DNA from: Podarcis melisellensis | Taxonomy: Eukaryota | Assembly (NCBI GenBank): GCA_964234715.1 | Contig: OZ174277.1 | Direction: 5' to 3' (one strand) | DNA: 64,000 nt | In this document: positions 23,769 to 36,567 of the stretch, in pieces | How positions within the stretch are numbered: position 1 is the stretch's first letter | How the letters are laid out: each line of letters begins with the position of its first letter | Position numbers and translations under genes: made by a program | The notes under the pieces: generated by a model | What the model saw: only the letters and a program-made list of their open reading frames with translations | Databases searched by the model: none | What the model was told of the DNA's origin: nothing

Positions 23769-25113
23769 CAACTCACATCACATCTTACCTGACACTTGCA
23801 CACCCTGGAATCAAAGGATGTTAGAGTTGCAAGAGGTCATCTGGTCTAAGCCCTGTTCAATTCATGAATCATGCAAGTGTGATATTCCTGACAGGTGGCT
23901 GCCCAGCCTAGGCTTAGATCCCTCCTGTGTGAAAAGTGTCATGCTTGTCATTGTCCCCCAAACTTGTTTACTGACTCAAGGCCATGTCACATATCATAAT
24001 CGCCACTAGTAAGAATGCATGCTGCAAAGTCAAATACTTCAGTGGCCTGTGGCCACAAGACACACTGCCTCCCATTTATCGTGTGTTCTGTAGCACAGAC
24101 GCTCCCTCGAAAGACAGAGCTCACAAATTAAATAATACTAGCAATAAATCCATGACATCATGATCAAAGGGGTTATGATAGCTTTTGTGAGCATTGGGGA
24201 ATAAACTGCGTCTGTGTTGATGACAAATTTGTTTATGCACAGCGGGTACAACATCATTGCCTCCAGCTCGATTCCCCTGCACAGAATCTTCCAAAAAAGC
24301 AAACTGAAAAGCCTTTAAATTATAAAAGACTCAAGTGTGGGATATTTTTGAAGACCGTTACAATTTTCCAGCAGAAAATTCTGAAGGCAGTTTTGCAGAT
24401 TTCCAGCCAGTGTGATTATGTTCAAGTCGCAAAGGAGGGATTTCTTTTCAGCAGCCTTCTACATCAGCTAAATTTATGCTATTTCTTCTCTTTGTGATCT
24501 GCTCAGTCCATTTAGAAGACCCCCCCCCCACCTTAAGGCTGCAATCATTTGCCTGGACAAATTGGACTCGCCTTTATGTAACTGGGTGCAGGACTGCAGG
24601 CAAAAAGTAGAATATTCCCTTTCTGTTCTGATAAAGAAGGAAGTTTCCCCCAGAGGCTAATTAAAATACCTTCAGAAAGTTTGGGGTTACTTGTGTTATG
24701 TCTTTCCTATTTTCAATTATTAGTTGTGCCTGGTTGCCATAATAGTGTGCTTATGCAGTACTTGGTACATAACTTTCCCCAAAATGCATTTATATGTAAG
24801 TTGTAACTGGGGATGTAAGCATAATGGATGTTATAAATACCAGTGGTGGTGGTCTTGATAACATGTGCATCCCATCCTTTCCCCCAGAGCAGTGTATCTG
24901 AGCTATGTGAAATAAGCTAGAGTACAGGGATAATGGGCTGCTCAAGAGCTCCTAGCAAAATGTATGGTTGCCTGGGGATTTAAACTTGGTTCAAGCAATA
25001 GGCAAATCTAATTGTAGTGTGTGTCACTTGTTTTTACCCATAGTTCTGCACTATTCTCAAAATGCCCATGCAAACATGTATTTTCTCTCAAATGCCTATT
25101 AAGTCAATGCATA

Positions 25114-25648
25114 TGTGCTGGTCCTGGGGGTTACCCAAGAGGCGAGGTCCAAGTCCGGTCCGTGGTCAAAGGTGCAACATGGAGGCGGTCCATAATAGCT
25201 AAAGCTGGGTGCAGGGCAGGGCTTCGGGTGAAGTCAGGAACAGGCATGGAAGCAGGGAGCCAGGGCAGGAAAGCAGGACAGGGTTCAGGCAGGAACTAGC
25301 AACCAACAATGTTACTCCCGCAACTTGGGACTGGGGCTAGCCAGCTTTTATCTGCCCCGAGGCATAGGGCGGCCCCGAGGAGAGGAGGAGAGGCTGGAGG
25401 GTTACTGGACCCAGAGGTAACCTCAGCTTCATCTGATGGGGCTGAGAGTGGAGCACCTGCAGGCAATGGGTCCTCCATCACCTCAGGAGCCAGAGCAGAT
25501 TCAGCTAGTTCCTGCACCTGAGGATCCACCACAGATGAGGACCTTTCAGGCTCAAGCCCCAACCCCGGCTGGTTCTGGAGGAGGGGAATGCTGTATAGGC
25601 TTGGATCCCTCAGGTTCAGCATCCGAGTCCGAATCCCAGGCCATCACA
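25114..25648 (-). mobile_element. Solo LTR (535 bp), probably Gypsy-type
   Basis: TG...CA termini with imperfect IR tgtgctgg/ccatcaca; 5-bp TSD gcata (25109-25113, 25649-25653); orientation inferred from gataaaag on minus strand. Confidence 0.85.
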
Positions 25649-26266
25649 GCATATCTTCTTCTTAAAATAGGCATTTAAACTCCTGCATTATTGAATTTAA
25701 TAAACTGACAAATGCACAACATTTGGAGAACTGTCAAATCTGTTCCATACTCCATTCTGTCCAGTACCTGCAGATTAGGACAATTCGTTATCAGAATTTG
25801 CAGAGACTGAATTCCTGCCTTGGTTTCCATAGCAGATCCAGCTCCTTGGTTCTTGTACTGCACTGGCTTTTCATGATTGCTAAGAAAATGTGGACCCTGA
25901 TTTGTGTACAACGATCTCTAAGAGGTGCACAGAGGATGCTGATGAGAGAAGGTCAAGGTCAGGGCCAACTTGTAGTTTTTGAGAGGGCATGCATTTGATA
26001 TTGTGGGCCCAATTTTAATAATAATCAAATATTTTAGGGCAAAAGGACCTTGGTCCCTAGGAGTTGGCTGCTATGACCTTGTCCTTTCTTTTCCAATCCC
26101 TGAGTAGTTTTGCATTATTGGTTATGGACTCAGTGGAGCCAGGGGAAAGGAAAAAAAGATTCCTCCAAAAATGTGACTGGCACCAGGAGCCATATGAAGA
26201 ATGGGGAAGTCGAACAAGTGTTCACCCTTGATTGGGTCCTAGAAGTGCTGCTTTAACTTTTTTACA

Positions 26267-27860
26267 CATCACTTGGGAAGACTAGCAAACTAATGCCACT
26301 GTATTGGAAGAAGCAAAGATCACCAGTGTCGAAGCAATGCTTCTTCAACATCAACTTTGTTGGACTGGTCATGTTGTTTGGATGCCTGAGGATTGTCTTC
26401 AAAGCAACTCTATTCCGAATTTAAAAATGGAAAGTGTAATGCTGGTGGTCAACAAAAGAGGTTTAAAGACTCTCTCAAGGCAAATCTAAAAAAATGTAGT
26501 ATAAACACAGACAATTGGGAAACACTGGCCTGCGAGCGCTCCAGCTGGGGAACAGCCTTTTTTTAAATATATATATATAATTTTTTATTGGTTTTCCAAC
26601 ACAGATTAAAAACAAAACAACACACAATACATAGACAAACAAAAACATATAAACATGTATAATTTCAAACCTCTTTTTCGTAAACCTTACTTCCCAGACT
26701 TCCCCTTACCTCCCCTTTTCTGCATCACTGTTTTGAGATTTTTTCAACAACTCCTCACACCAATTGTCTAATTACTTATTTTCTTTTTTGGCTTCTTCTC
26801 ATACTTAATCAATTACAGCTATAATTCTATATTTTCTTTTCCCTTGACATTTTAGCACTCTTTAATTTTACAACAGTTCTTAAGATATACTTTAAATTTC
26901 TTCCAATCTTCTTCCACCGTCTCTTTTTCTTGGTCACGGATTCTGCCGGTCATCTCCGCAAGTCCCATATAGTCAATCACCTTTGTCTGCCATTCTTCCA
27001 GTGTGGGTAGTTCTTGTGTCTTCCAATACTTTGCTAGAAGAATCCTTGCTGCTGTGGTGGCATACATAAAAAACGTCCTATCCTTCTTAGACACCACTTG
27101 GCCGACTATGCCCAGGAGAAATGCCTCTGGTTTCTTATGAAAAGTACATTTAAGTACCTTCTTAATTTCGTTATAAATCATTTCCCAGAAGGCCTTAATC
27201 CTCGGGCAAGTCCACCAGAGGTGGTAGAAGGTACCTTCAGTCTCATTACATTTCCAACATTTATTATTGGGCAAATGATAAATTTTTGCAAGCTTGACTG
27301 GGGTCATGTACCACCTGTAAATCATTTTCATAATATTTTCTCTTAAGGCATTACATGCCGTAAATTTTATACCGGTGGTCCATAACTATTCCCAGTCAGC
27401 AAACATAATATCATGACCGATGTCTTGTGCCCACTTAATCATAGCTGATTTAACTGTCTCATCTAGTGTATTCCATTTCAACAGCAGGTTATACATTCTT
27501 GACAAATTCTTAGTATTGGGTTCTAACAGTTCTGATTCTAGTTTTGATCTCTCCACCTGGAAGCCAATTTTCCTGTCTTGTTTGAACACTTCCATTATTT
27601 GATGGTCAGCTGGGGAACAGCCTTTACCAAAGGTGCCATGGATTTTGAACTCAGGATAAAAGGGAGAAACATGCTAAGAGGAAGGCACGCTTGGCAAACC
27701 CTCACTGTGATCAACTCCCATCCAGAAACCTATGTCCCCACTGTGGAAGGACATGTGGATCCAGAATTGGCCTCCACAGTCACTTATGGGCTCACTGTTA
27801 AGACCATGTTCATGGTAGACAATCTTACTCGGCTACGAGTAATTGCCAAAGAAGAAGAAG
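26267..27860 (+). mobile_element. RTE-clade (non-BovB) LINE 3' fragment, split by an L1 insertion
   Basis: ...QHQLCWTGHVVWMPED... RTE motif; after the insert a decayed CPHCGRTCGSRIGLHSHL zinc-finger region; (gaa)n tail at about 27850. Confidence 0.8.
26561..27606 (-). mobile_element. 5'-truncated L1 LINE (ORF2 C-terminus with CCHC knuckle, 3'UTR)
   Basis: 19-bp TSD cagctggggaacagccttt (26542-26560, 27607-27625); CWKCNETEGTFYHLWWTC; ORFs 27386-27595 and 26852-27331 are in frame, separated by one TAG. Confidence 0.93.
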
Positions 27861-29052
27861 CTATAACTTCCTTTATTCTCTTAACGCGCTGGCTGAACCA
27901 GCATTTTGTTCACTGGCATGCATGTCTGTTATGTAAGTAATGAGACTGGGCTCATACTGTGGCAGGAAAACTTGCAGCAACTTTTGTTTCCATTTATGCT
28001 TATCCTCACCCTAAGAAAAGTTGGACTACGCACTTCTCTGATCTGAACACCAGTGCTCTGTGCTACTTCTCAGAAGCGACAGTGGCTTTTGCCTCTGTAC
28101 CTTAAGGAGAAATATTGTTATTTATTTACAGCCCTTCAGACTTACTTTAATGCTGTTTCGTTTAATGTCATTCACTGTAAATTTTTCATTCTAAATCTAT
28201 TTTCTTGTGCATGTCCATATAATAAAATCAACATGATAATGGATGCCTAAGCTCTTATCAGTCGGATGTGATCGCTAAATGGATCAGTAAATGGAGACAG
28301 AAATCATCTCCATCTAATTCCTAGAAAGAAGAAAACAATTAAGGAACACTGTCAGGATGCTATAAGAAAGCACTGCGAAATAAGAAAAGGAGAGATGCTT
28401 TTGGATGGAAAAATCACTGTAGACTTTTGAATTAAATTTATATTGGGTGTCACAGACCTGCCTGTGATTTAAGAAGGGTTTCAAGGAATAATATGCAGTA
28501 GTGTTTTTTTCCCCAGATGGTGTCTTAAGAATTAAGGATTACCCTTAAAAAATGGGAAGAACTGCCACTGAATACATACAGAAACTTTCTCTTGGGTCAA
28601 TATTAAGAGTGGCCACAACCACCCTTACATATCTGGAATTAGGGTGTTCTTTTTAGAAATTAACAATGCAGTCCTATGCACATTTACTCAGAAGTAAGCC
28701 CCATTGGGGTGTACAAGGTAGTATCGCGCAGCTGCAATTCTATACCCAGTTACTTCTGTGTGGATGATAGTGCAATTCTATTTGACTTCAGTCTTAAACA
28801 CACCTACTTGGGAGTAAGTGGGACTGACTTCTGAGTAAATGCACCACAGATTGCTCTGTAGCTATAATCATGTCAACTGCATGAGCATCCATAGGGGGAC
28901 AATGAGACAGTTTGCACCCACACACCCATGAACCACAATTCCCTGATTCCTAGCTTTCATTTAAAAGAAAATAGTAAATTTCTAGCATTTGCAGAACCTG
29001 AAATATGAGGCAATGCGTACATTCTACTCATTTTTCAATGAGAAACTAGCCT

Positions 29053-29056
<4 letters not shown>

Positions 29057-29090
<34 letters not shown>
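29057..29090. repeat. (CT)n microsatellite
   Basis: Direct observation. Confidence 0.95.
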
Positions 29091-29092
<2 letters not shown>

Positions 29093-30599
29093 TTTACTCC
29101 ACACCCCTGGAAAAATTCCTGCTGACACCCATCCTCTACGCATTACCACAATTACAGATAGCTATAGAATCCAGAGACATTAAATGCCATTTTAGAGTTA
29201 TCCTGAATATTTATTATATGACCAATGGCACCTCTTAAATCCCATTACATAAGAATATAATAACTCCTGATCAAAAGTGTGATTATTTTCTAAGCATCCA
29301 TAAATGGTATTTGAGCCTGTCACATTTCCTGGACATTTATCATAATGCTTTATAGATGGATGGTTTTAAAAATTATACATCCATCTGCTGAAGAAACATG
29401 TAGAGAACACATAGGTTGAATTTAATTACTGCAATTTGTACTTTAAACCAAGTAGTACGTGCTTGGTTATAATCCTAGAGAAGGGAGGGTAATTGCCTAC
29501 AAAAGTAAAGGATTTAACAATTAGATCATTATGCTGTATAAGATTTAAAAGTCCCAAAGGGGCAGAATTATTGGCATTATCTTTTCATTTCCTATTGAGA
29601 TGTAATGGTAGGATAAGTATAATAAAGTTAATCAAATATAATGGATGTATAATTGTCTGAATTATGCACTGTTAGACCTACTGTTTATACTTCCATTTCG
29701 GCAAGAGAACTGTATATAATAACACAACTTACATTAAGAAGGCTGCAGTAAAAAGGGAGCTAGTATCCACATAGATAATACCCTGTTACAGAAATATTGA
29801 CTAAATAATCCATTGGTTGTCTTTGCTTGCACACTCACAGACACATAGTTGCTTCAATCCAGAGAGGGGTGGGTGCGGAAAAGTTTAGACACAAGCCTCT
29901 TCCCCAGACCCAAGTGTCAAGTCTGTACATGCCTAGTCCTGATCTGAAAAATCAGTGACTGTACTGATCAGCTGTTGAAAAGATTCAGGATTCAGTTCAG
30001 CTGGTTGCTGGTTTTCTGACTGGGGTGTATACCTGCAGCCACAGCTGCTGTGTGCATAAATAGTTGGATAAGAACCAGTTGTGGAAAGCACTTCCCTCAT
30101 AATAACCCCTTTGAACCAAGTGAGAACAACCAGGATGTGCACACGAAGGAAGGAATGCCAATGTGATTTGTTTCTCCTGGAGACTTGCCTGAACATCTTT
30201 CAGAAGCCAGCTTCCTTTCTGCTGGTTTTGAGGAACTGGAGTTGAACTGGCTGAAAAAGCAGGGAGATCATTTGTCATGTAACACCCTCCCCCAACATGT
30301 CCCGCTGCCCCATGCACAAATGACAGTGACACTGAGGATGGCGCATAGTTTTGTCTTAACACAGAACTTGTCTCAGTGCCCAGACTTGGTGATGTCCTGG
30401 GCTTATGCTTCTTTCATACATATAGAGACCTGGAACTACTTATGAAAGATACATAATCTCAGACTAAACAGCTAAATTATGGATAAGGTGTTCCCCATCT
30501 GATCGTTTCCCAGTCACTCAGAGGTGTTACATGGGAAAGACCTATGTGATTGGCCTAATTCACGTAGTTCTGGTATTCACAGCTTCATGGGATGATACC

Positions 30600-31419
30600 A
30601 TGGAGAAATTGCTCACAAACCACTGCAACGACTGGTGAATCTGTCAAGTTTGGTTTTTCTCAGTTTCTCATCTTTCTTTAAAAAAAAAAAAATTATTGAA
30701 GTTTCCAGAAAAATCCAAAATATAAAAGAAAAAAAAAGAAAAAAGAAAAAAAGACATTTGCATTTAGGCCTTACTTTCATTGACATCTTTCCAGGACTTC
30801 CCCACCCCACCCCCTCTTGTATTCCATTTCCATTAAATTAGTTCCACAAGTTTTTACCCCAAATTTTAAGCTTATTATCATTATTATCATTCACCCAATG
30901 TTCAATTTAATTCATCTTATATGACCGCTTTCCCTTTATATACCATCCTTCAACTTAAAAATATTTTCCCCCCTAAGATCGACCCTGTTCCCTCTTCCAC
31001 GAAACTGAAACCGAAACTCAGTTTCTCATCTTTCGAATCTTAAGTGTAGCACTCCACATCTTCACATCAGTTTGCATTTTTTTAAAGACCACCTGCTCAT
31101 GAAAATCCATCAGTATTTTAGTGCAGATGACTCCTAATTATACACATTTTTGTATGACATTTTGCCAAATATATACAATTTTGCAAAGCAATTTCCCCTA
31201 ATATAATGCATTTTGTATGCCATGTTCACCAGTATCTGTGTTTTAATGAGCACTTTATTCTAGTGTGTGCATTTTTATGTGTTATTTGGCTGGGGGGAAA
31301 TCATTGCAGATTTGGAGAAGTGTGAATTTTGAAGGACAGCTGTGTTTTGCTTTGTGTATGGTTTCAGAAATTAGGTAATTAGGTAAATGTGAAGCGAATA
31401 AAATCTCTCATCCATCCCT
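30600..31419. mobile_element. hAT/Ac-like degenerate element with nested L1 tail
   Basis: Ends catccatccct; body similar to 41110-41388; left boundary approximate. Confidence 0.5.
30677..31016 (-). mobile_element. L1 3'UTR-only insertion
   Basis: 18-bp TSD ctcagtttctcatctttc (30659-30676, 31017-31034); gacttccccacc tract as in the other L1 3'UTRs here. Confidence 0.75.
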
Positions 31420-32086
31420 CCTTGTAGGACACATTCTCACCATTATACTCACCCAGGATGATAGTGATGACAAAGAGCATTGTCAGTGCCCTATGTGTAT
31501 CTCAAGTTTCCATGCCACAGGTCCCTTGATAAATATCAACTCAGGAAAGATTCCAACACCTCATATATGTCTCTGAAAGCCACTGCAGTAAGGGAATCTT
31601 TGCATGGATGCTTGCTCCTGCCACACAGCTCTCCATTGCCAAAGTGGAGTTATAATGCAAACAATTAATAAACAGAAGACTCAAACACATTACAAATTAA
31701 CCAATTTGCTAATGAGCCTGAAAAGTGGTGGTGTGCTTAAGTGAGATGCTTTAAAACTCTAGCTCTGTCACAGATCCACAGAACAGAGCCAAGGCCTTTT
31801 CTAACCAGAGCAAATGTGCCAGAAACATTCCATTCTATTTGTATGCCTTTGGATAACTATTTAGGTTTTGGCCTTGCCACAGAAAACACCTTCCAGCTAA
31901 TTGTTTTAGCCATTGCACAGCCTTCGCTCCCTGATCTCCTTAAAGAAATCTCCTATTGCCTTAGGGCACAATTTCCATCTCTTTGAAAAGGTGATAATGG
32001 ATTGTTTTCCTCTGAAAAGCGGCAGATTGAGTCTGGCACATAAATATGGCTGGATGATTATGCTTCTCTATGATTAATATCTATAG

Positions 32087-32205
32087 CAGGCATGTCCAAT
32101 GGGTCGACCGTGATCTACCAGTCAATTGTGGGGCGTCCCTGGTCGATCTTGGTCGACTGCATGTTCCTTAGATCACTGCCAGTTTTTTTATAGTGGGAGT
32201 AGATT
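32087..32205. mobile_element. hAT-like element end (cagggcatgtccaa.. gtcgatc repeats)
   Basis: Related to 40624-40875. Confidence 0.5.
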
Positions 32206-32229
32206 GGAGATAAGTTTAAAAAAATGTCC

Positions 32230-32349
32230 AGTATGCATGCACGTGAAAGCTTATATCCAGAAGAAACTTAGTTGGTCTCTAAGGGGCTACTAAACATTTT
32301 TTAAATTTATTTTGGCTGCATCATACCAACACGGCTACCTACCTGAATC
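32230..32349 (+). mobile_element. Degenerate Penelope pseudo-LTR fragment
   Basis: gcatgcacgtgaaagcttatat...aacttagttggtctctaagg...ccaacacggctaccta aligns with the reverse complement of 3210-3330; CUGANGA box missing. Confidence 0.75.
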
Positions 32350-33154
32350 TAGTCTCTTGGGAGTTGGACGTGCCTCATCTACAGGTTTGCCAAAGGTTCC
32401 TGTGGATGGAAAATATTAAGCAACACAACACAAGAGTGCTACTGTTGATTCTTGACCTAGTTTGCAATTTTAATATAACTGCTAGAGGAGTAGGGTGCTG
32501 CTTATTGAGCATTAGACAATGCTTGCTATTCACTGAGCATTCATTCTGATTTGTTTGTTTGCTTGTAGAGGATGTTACACCCACACAAGTGTTACCCGAC
32601 TTTCCACTGTATTTTCCCATCACTTTCCTTATCACAAAAAGTCAGCTATATGGGAGAAGCATCAAATCAGCTTTAATTGCGCAACCTGAATTATGTGACT
32701 GACGTATGTGATTGCATCACACAACACACACATATTTATAATTATAGAGTAAATGATTGGTGGTTGTCCTGAAAATTCCTGATTTAAGTTCCTTAAGAAA
32801 AGTTAAATTTCTGTACCTTACAGCTAAATAGTTAAGTTTCACAACATGGCAACAATAATGTTGAACACAGTTATGCTCATAAAACAATTTCCTAACCTTG
32901 AATATCTTATTCCTCACTTTCTCACTTATTCATAAATAAAGATTTTATTTCTCACACTGCATTGACCCTCACCCAAGAGTGCTAATTACATAGTAAGAAT
33001 ATTTTTACTGACTTCCATTTCAGCATTTCCATGTCCCTGCAAATGATATTTAAATTATGTTAATTATCTACAGCTAAAGTGAACGAAGGGGTTTTAGCCC
33101 TCTTGCAAATTATACATTTTGCTGTGTTGGCCTGAGAAATAAGTTGCCACTCCT

Positions 33155-33490
33155 TACCCTCCAACATTTCACTGATGAAAATAGGGATGTCCCATTCCAT
33201 AATCATAATTTTACTATTTATACCCCACACATCTTACTGGGTTGCCTCAGTCACTCTCAGTAGCTTCCAACATATATAAAAACATAGTAAAACAATAAAC
33301 ATTTTTTAAAAAAACCTTCCGTATGCATGATTGTCTTCAGTCGGCTCAGTGGGGCCAATTAACTCCCCACCCTCCAATGAAAATCAGGACATCCGATGGA
33401 AAAGGGGGGCATTCCAGGATCAAATCAGAAACCGGGATAGCTTCTCTAAATCAGGGATGTCCCTGGAAAATAGGGACATTTGGAGGGTCT
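33155..33490. mobile_element. Non-autonomous DNA element (accctccaacattt / atttggagggt ends)
   Basis: Inverted ends, repeated aatagggac subterminal motifs; same end at 1464-1481. Confidence 0.6.
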
Positions 33491-34064
33491 GCACTTCTAA
33501 TGTAATCCCTTCCCATTCATTTTGCCAAAGCAGCATCAAAACCTATTGGTGTTCCAAAGGAGCTTCTGAAGAAGGCTATAATTCACACAAAGCCTGCAGA
33601 TAAACTTGTACTACAGTAGTTGTATATGTGTTATGAAATGCTTCAGTCACTGTGAGAACACTAAGGGCTGGATTCATACCATGAGGAACACACAAGAGGT
33701 GCCCTTACAAGAGGGCATGAAAGAATGCGATGCTTTCATTTCATTTGTATTGTGTGTTAGCAATGCTTCAAAGCCACTGCTTGGTTAACATGGACAATAC
33801 AAAATATTATTTAACTGAGGCTGCTTTATACATTATACTGAGGGCCACATTACCTCAGTGGAAAGCTGCTGATGGGCCACCCTGCAGCAGTGGGTAGGGC
33901 TAGAGCCCTTATACCAAATGTAGGCATAATCGTGCACCCTTCACAGACACTCAATGCACAAATAAACCAAGAGCAAAAGACACCAGCTGGGGGCTGGGAG
34001 GGGAAGGAATAGTGAGGTAAAGTGTTGTGGGGAGGGAGGGAAGACAGATTTTTTTTTGTTTATA

Positions 34065-34545
34065 AAAATATTCATATACTGCTATTCATAAAAAAAAAAT
34101 CAGAGCAGTTTGCAACAGTCATACCAAACACACACACAATAAAAACCATATAAACATTTAAAATGAGGGATCAACTAACACAGAAAATTTTTTCTTAATT
34201 GCCAGGAGAAACTTGGCAGCATAGAAAAGCATTCAATTGGCATTTAAAGGTTAAAACAGAAATCTGCACCTCTCTTGGAAGAGCATTCCACAGGGCTGGG
34301 CCAATAACACAAAAGCTCAATTTCATGTTGATGCCAAATGAGCTTACCAACCATCAATACTCCTACAGGTGATCTCAGTGATCAAGCTGAGCCATAAGGG
34401 CTCAGGTAGTCCCTAAGGTATGCTGAAGCCAAGTTGTTCAGAGCTTTGCAAATTAATGCAAGGACCTTGAACCTGTCTCCGTAGTAGATGGGCAGCCAAT
34501 TCATTTGTTTTAACAATGGTACCAGGTGTTGTCGACTATGTGGCC
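34065..34545 (-). mobile_element. Old L2 LINE 3' fragment
   Basis: HLVPLLKQMNWLPIYYGDRFKVLALICKALNNLASAYLRDYLSPY, the L2 ORF2 C-terminal motif. Confidence 0.8.
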
Positions 34546-35585
34546 CCATCTGGCTGACACACTCTGTACCAGCCGCACCAGTTCTGTGCTTTGAGGGAAA
34601 AATATTGTATTTGATTCCCCCCCCCAACCTGGACCACCAAGCTGTATTGCACAGCAGATTTGCTAGTGCTACCATATTGCTTTAATAAATCAGGCAGAGG
34701 ACTCTCTTAGCAGGTGCCTGGGGAAAAGACTGGATCATCCATGGGGAATTCTGCTTTGGAACTGGCTTCTCTACTTCATTCACAACATCAAATATTTTCC
34801 AACAGAAATTGAATCTACACACATTTCATGTTCTTTTTAGGCTGCCCACAAATTTCCTTCTTAAGGATTAATTGGGTATGACTGAGAAGTCTCTATTTAC
34901 AAGAAGAAATCATTGCCCTCATTTTTCATGCTATTTTAGTGTTGTTTCATACTATTTATTCCTGACTGTAAGTTGTAAATTGAATAAAAGCACCTTAATC
35001 ATTCAACTTCGAATTCTGACAGCTGAGATGTTCCCCCCCAACCATATTTCACATGGGATTGATTCTGTCAAGCATGGCGGTGACTGGACTTCCCTCAATC
35101 GATCACAGTCTCATCTGCTTACAGGAATGACTCTCTCTGTCCTTCCTCCTGTCCTTCCCTCTTAGCTACAGACCCACACCCATGTTAGTAAGGTACAAGT
35201 ACTATCTAAGTGTACGCATGTAAACAAAGATTCTGGTAGATAAGTTAGAAGACAAAGCTGGGCAATCAAGTTGATTGCCCAGAGTAATTACCAGACTGTC
35301 TCTTCAAAAAGTAGTATCCTCATGAAAACAATCCATGATTGTAATTGTTCTCAAAAATTATAGTCATCATTAGCAAGCACTGATTAGTTTCCACATTGTC
35401 CAGTTTATTTTTTTTAAAAAAGAAATGAGCTTCAGTCAATTCTGCTTCTTAATTTGATTATAGGAGGGAGCTACAACTATCACTAGAGCAGAGCAAAATG
35501 GAATCCCTTCTATTTTAAGGATCTTGTTGCTTACATTTTATTTACTATAAGGATGTATATTTCTATTTGGGGAAATAAACAGAAG

Positions 35586-35728
35586 GGGCTGTAGTAGCTC
35601 AGTGGCTTAATACATGCTTTGTAGGCAAAAAGTCCCAAATTCAGTCCCTGGCATTGAAAAGACTTCTGTCTGAAACACTGGGCTAAATGCACCAATGGTC
35701 TGACTTGGTATAAGGCAGTTTCCTATGC
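35586..35728 (+). mobile_element. tRNA-derived SINE with CR1-like tail
   Basis: gtagctcagtgg head and taaggcagtttcctatg tail. Confidence 0.65.
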
Positions 35729-35969
35729 TGTTATTTATCTATATTAAAATTGATACAACATTGTATTATCTAGAGAACACTGCTGGATTTTGGAATCTGA
35801 GAAACAAGAATGAAAATTTTGCTTTACATTTTAGTTGTTTAATGTGAAGAAGTTTTCCGCTCTGGTAAATCATCAGTTATCAATTGATGGAGATTTCTCT
35901 CTTTTTTTGAAGCTGTCAAGGATGTTCAAGAAGTTTCTTAACAATGTGACATGATTATGTTATTATTAC

Positions 35970-36505
35970 CTTACGGGGTCTTCGCTGCGAGATCACATTC
36001 ATCCGGTGCTATACCAGCTGCACTGGCTCCCGGTGGAGTACAGGATCAGGTTTAAGGTGCTGGTTTTAACCTTCAAAGCCCTATACGGCCTAGGACCCTC
36101 GTACCTACGGGACCGCCTCTCCTGGTATGCCCCACAGAGGAACCTACGGTCTTCAAACAAAAACACCTTGAAGGTCCCAGGCCACAGAGAGGTTAGGCTG
36201 GCCTCAACTAGAGCCAGGGCCTTTTCGGCTGCGGCTCCAACCTGGTGGAATGCTCTGTCACAAGAGACAAGGGCCCTGCAGGACTTGACATCTTTCCGTA
36301 GGGCCTGCAAGACAGAGCTGTTCCGCCAGGCCTTTGGTTAGGGCGCAGCCTGACTCCCTCCTCTGGCAACCTTTACAAAACTTTATGGCTGCCATCAATC
36401 TTGATTTTAATTAATTTTTATAATGTTTTTATAATGTCGCACTATTTTGGTGTTGTTAGCCGCCCTGAGCCCGGCTTCGGCTGGGGAGGGCGGGATATAA
36501 ATAAA

Positions 36506-36563
<58 letters not shown>
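35970..36563 (+). mobile_element. Young L2 LINE 3' fragment with (TTA)n tail
   Basis: Open frame LHWLPVEYRIRFKVLVLTFKALYGLGPSYLRDRL...RAFSAAAPTWWNAL...KTELFRQAF; 3' stem-loop agccgccctgagcccggcttcggctggggagggcgg. Confidence 0.93.

Positions 36564-36567
<4 letters not shown>

Noticed and set aside
32230-32260. Third hammerhead in the older Penelope remnant
   Set aside because: CUGANGA box absent and helix II mutated; not functional
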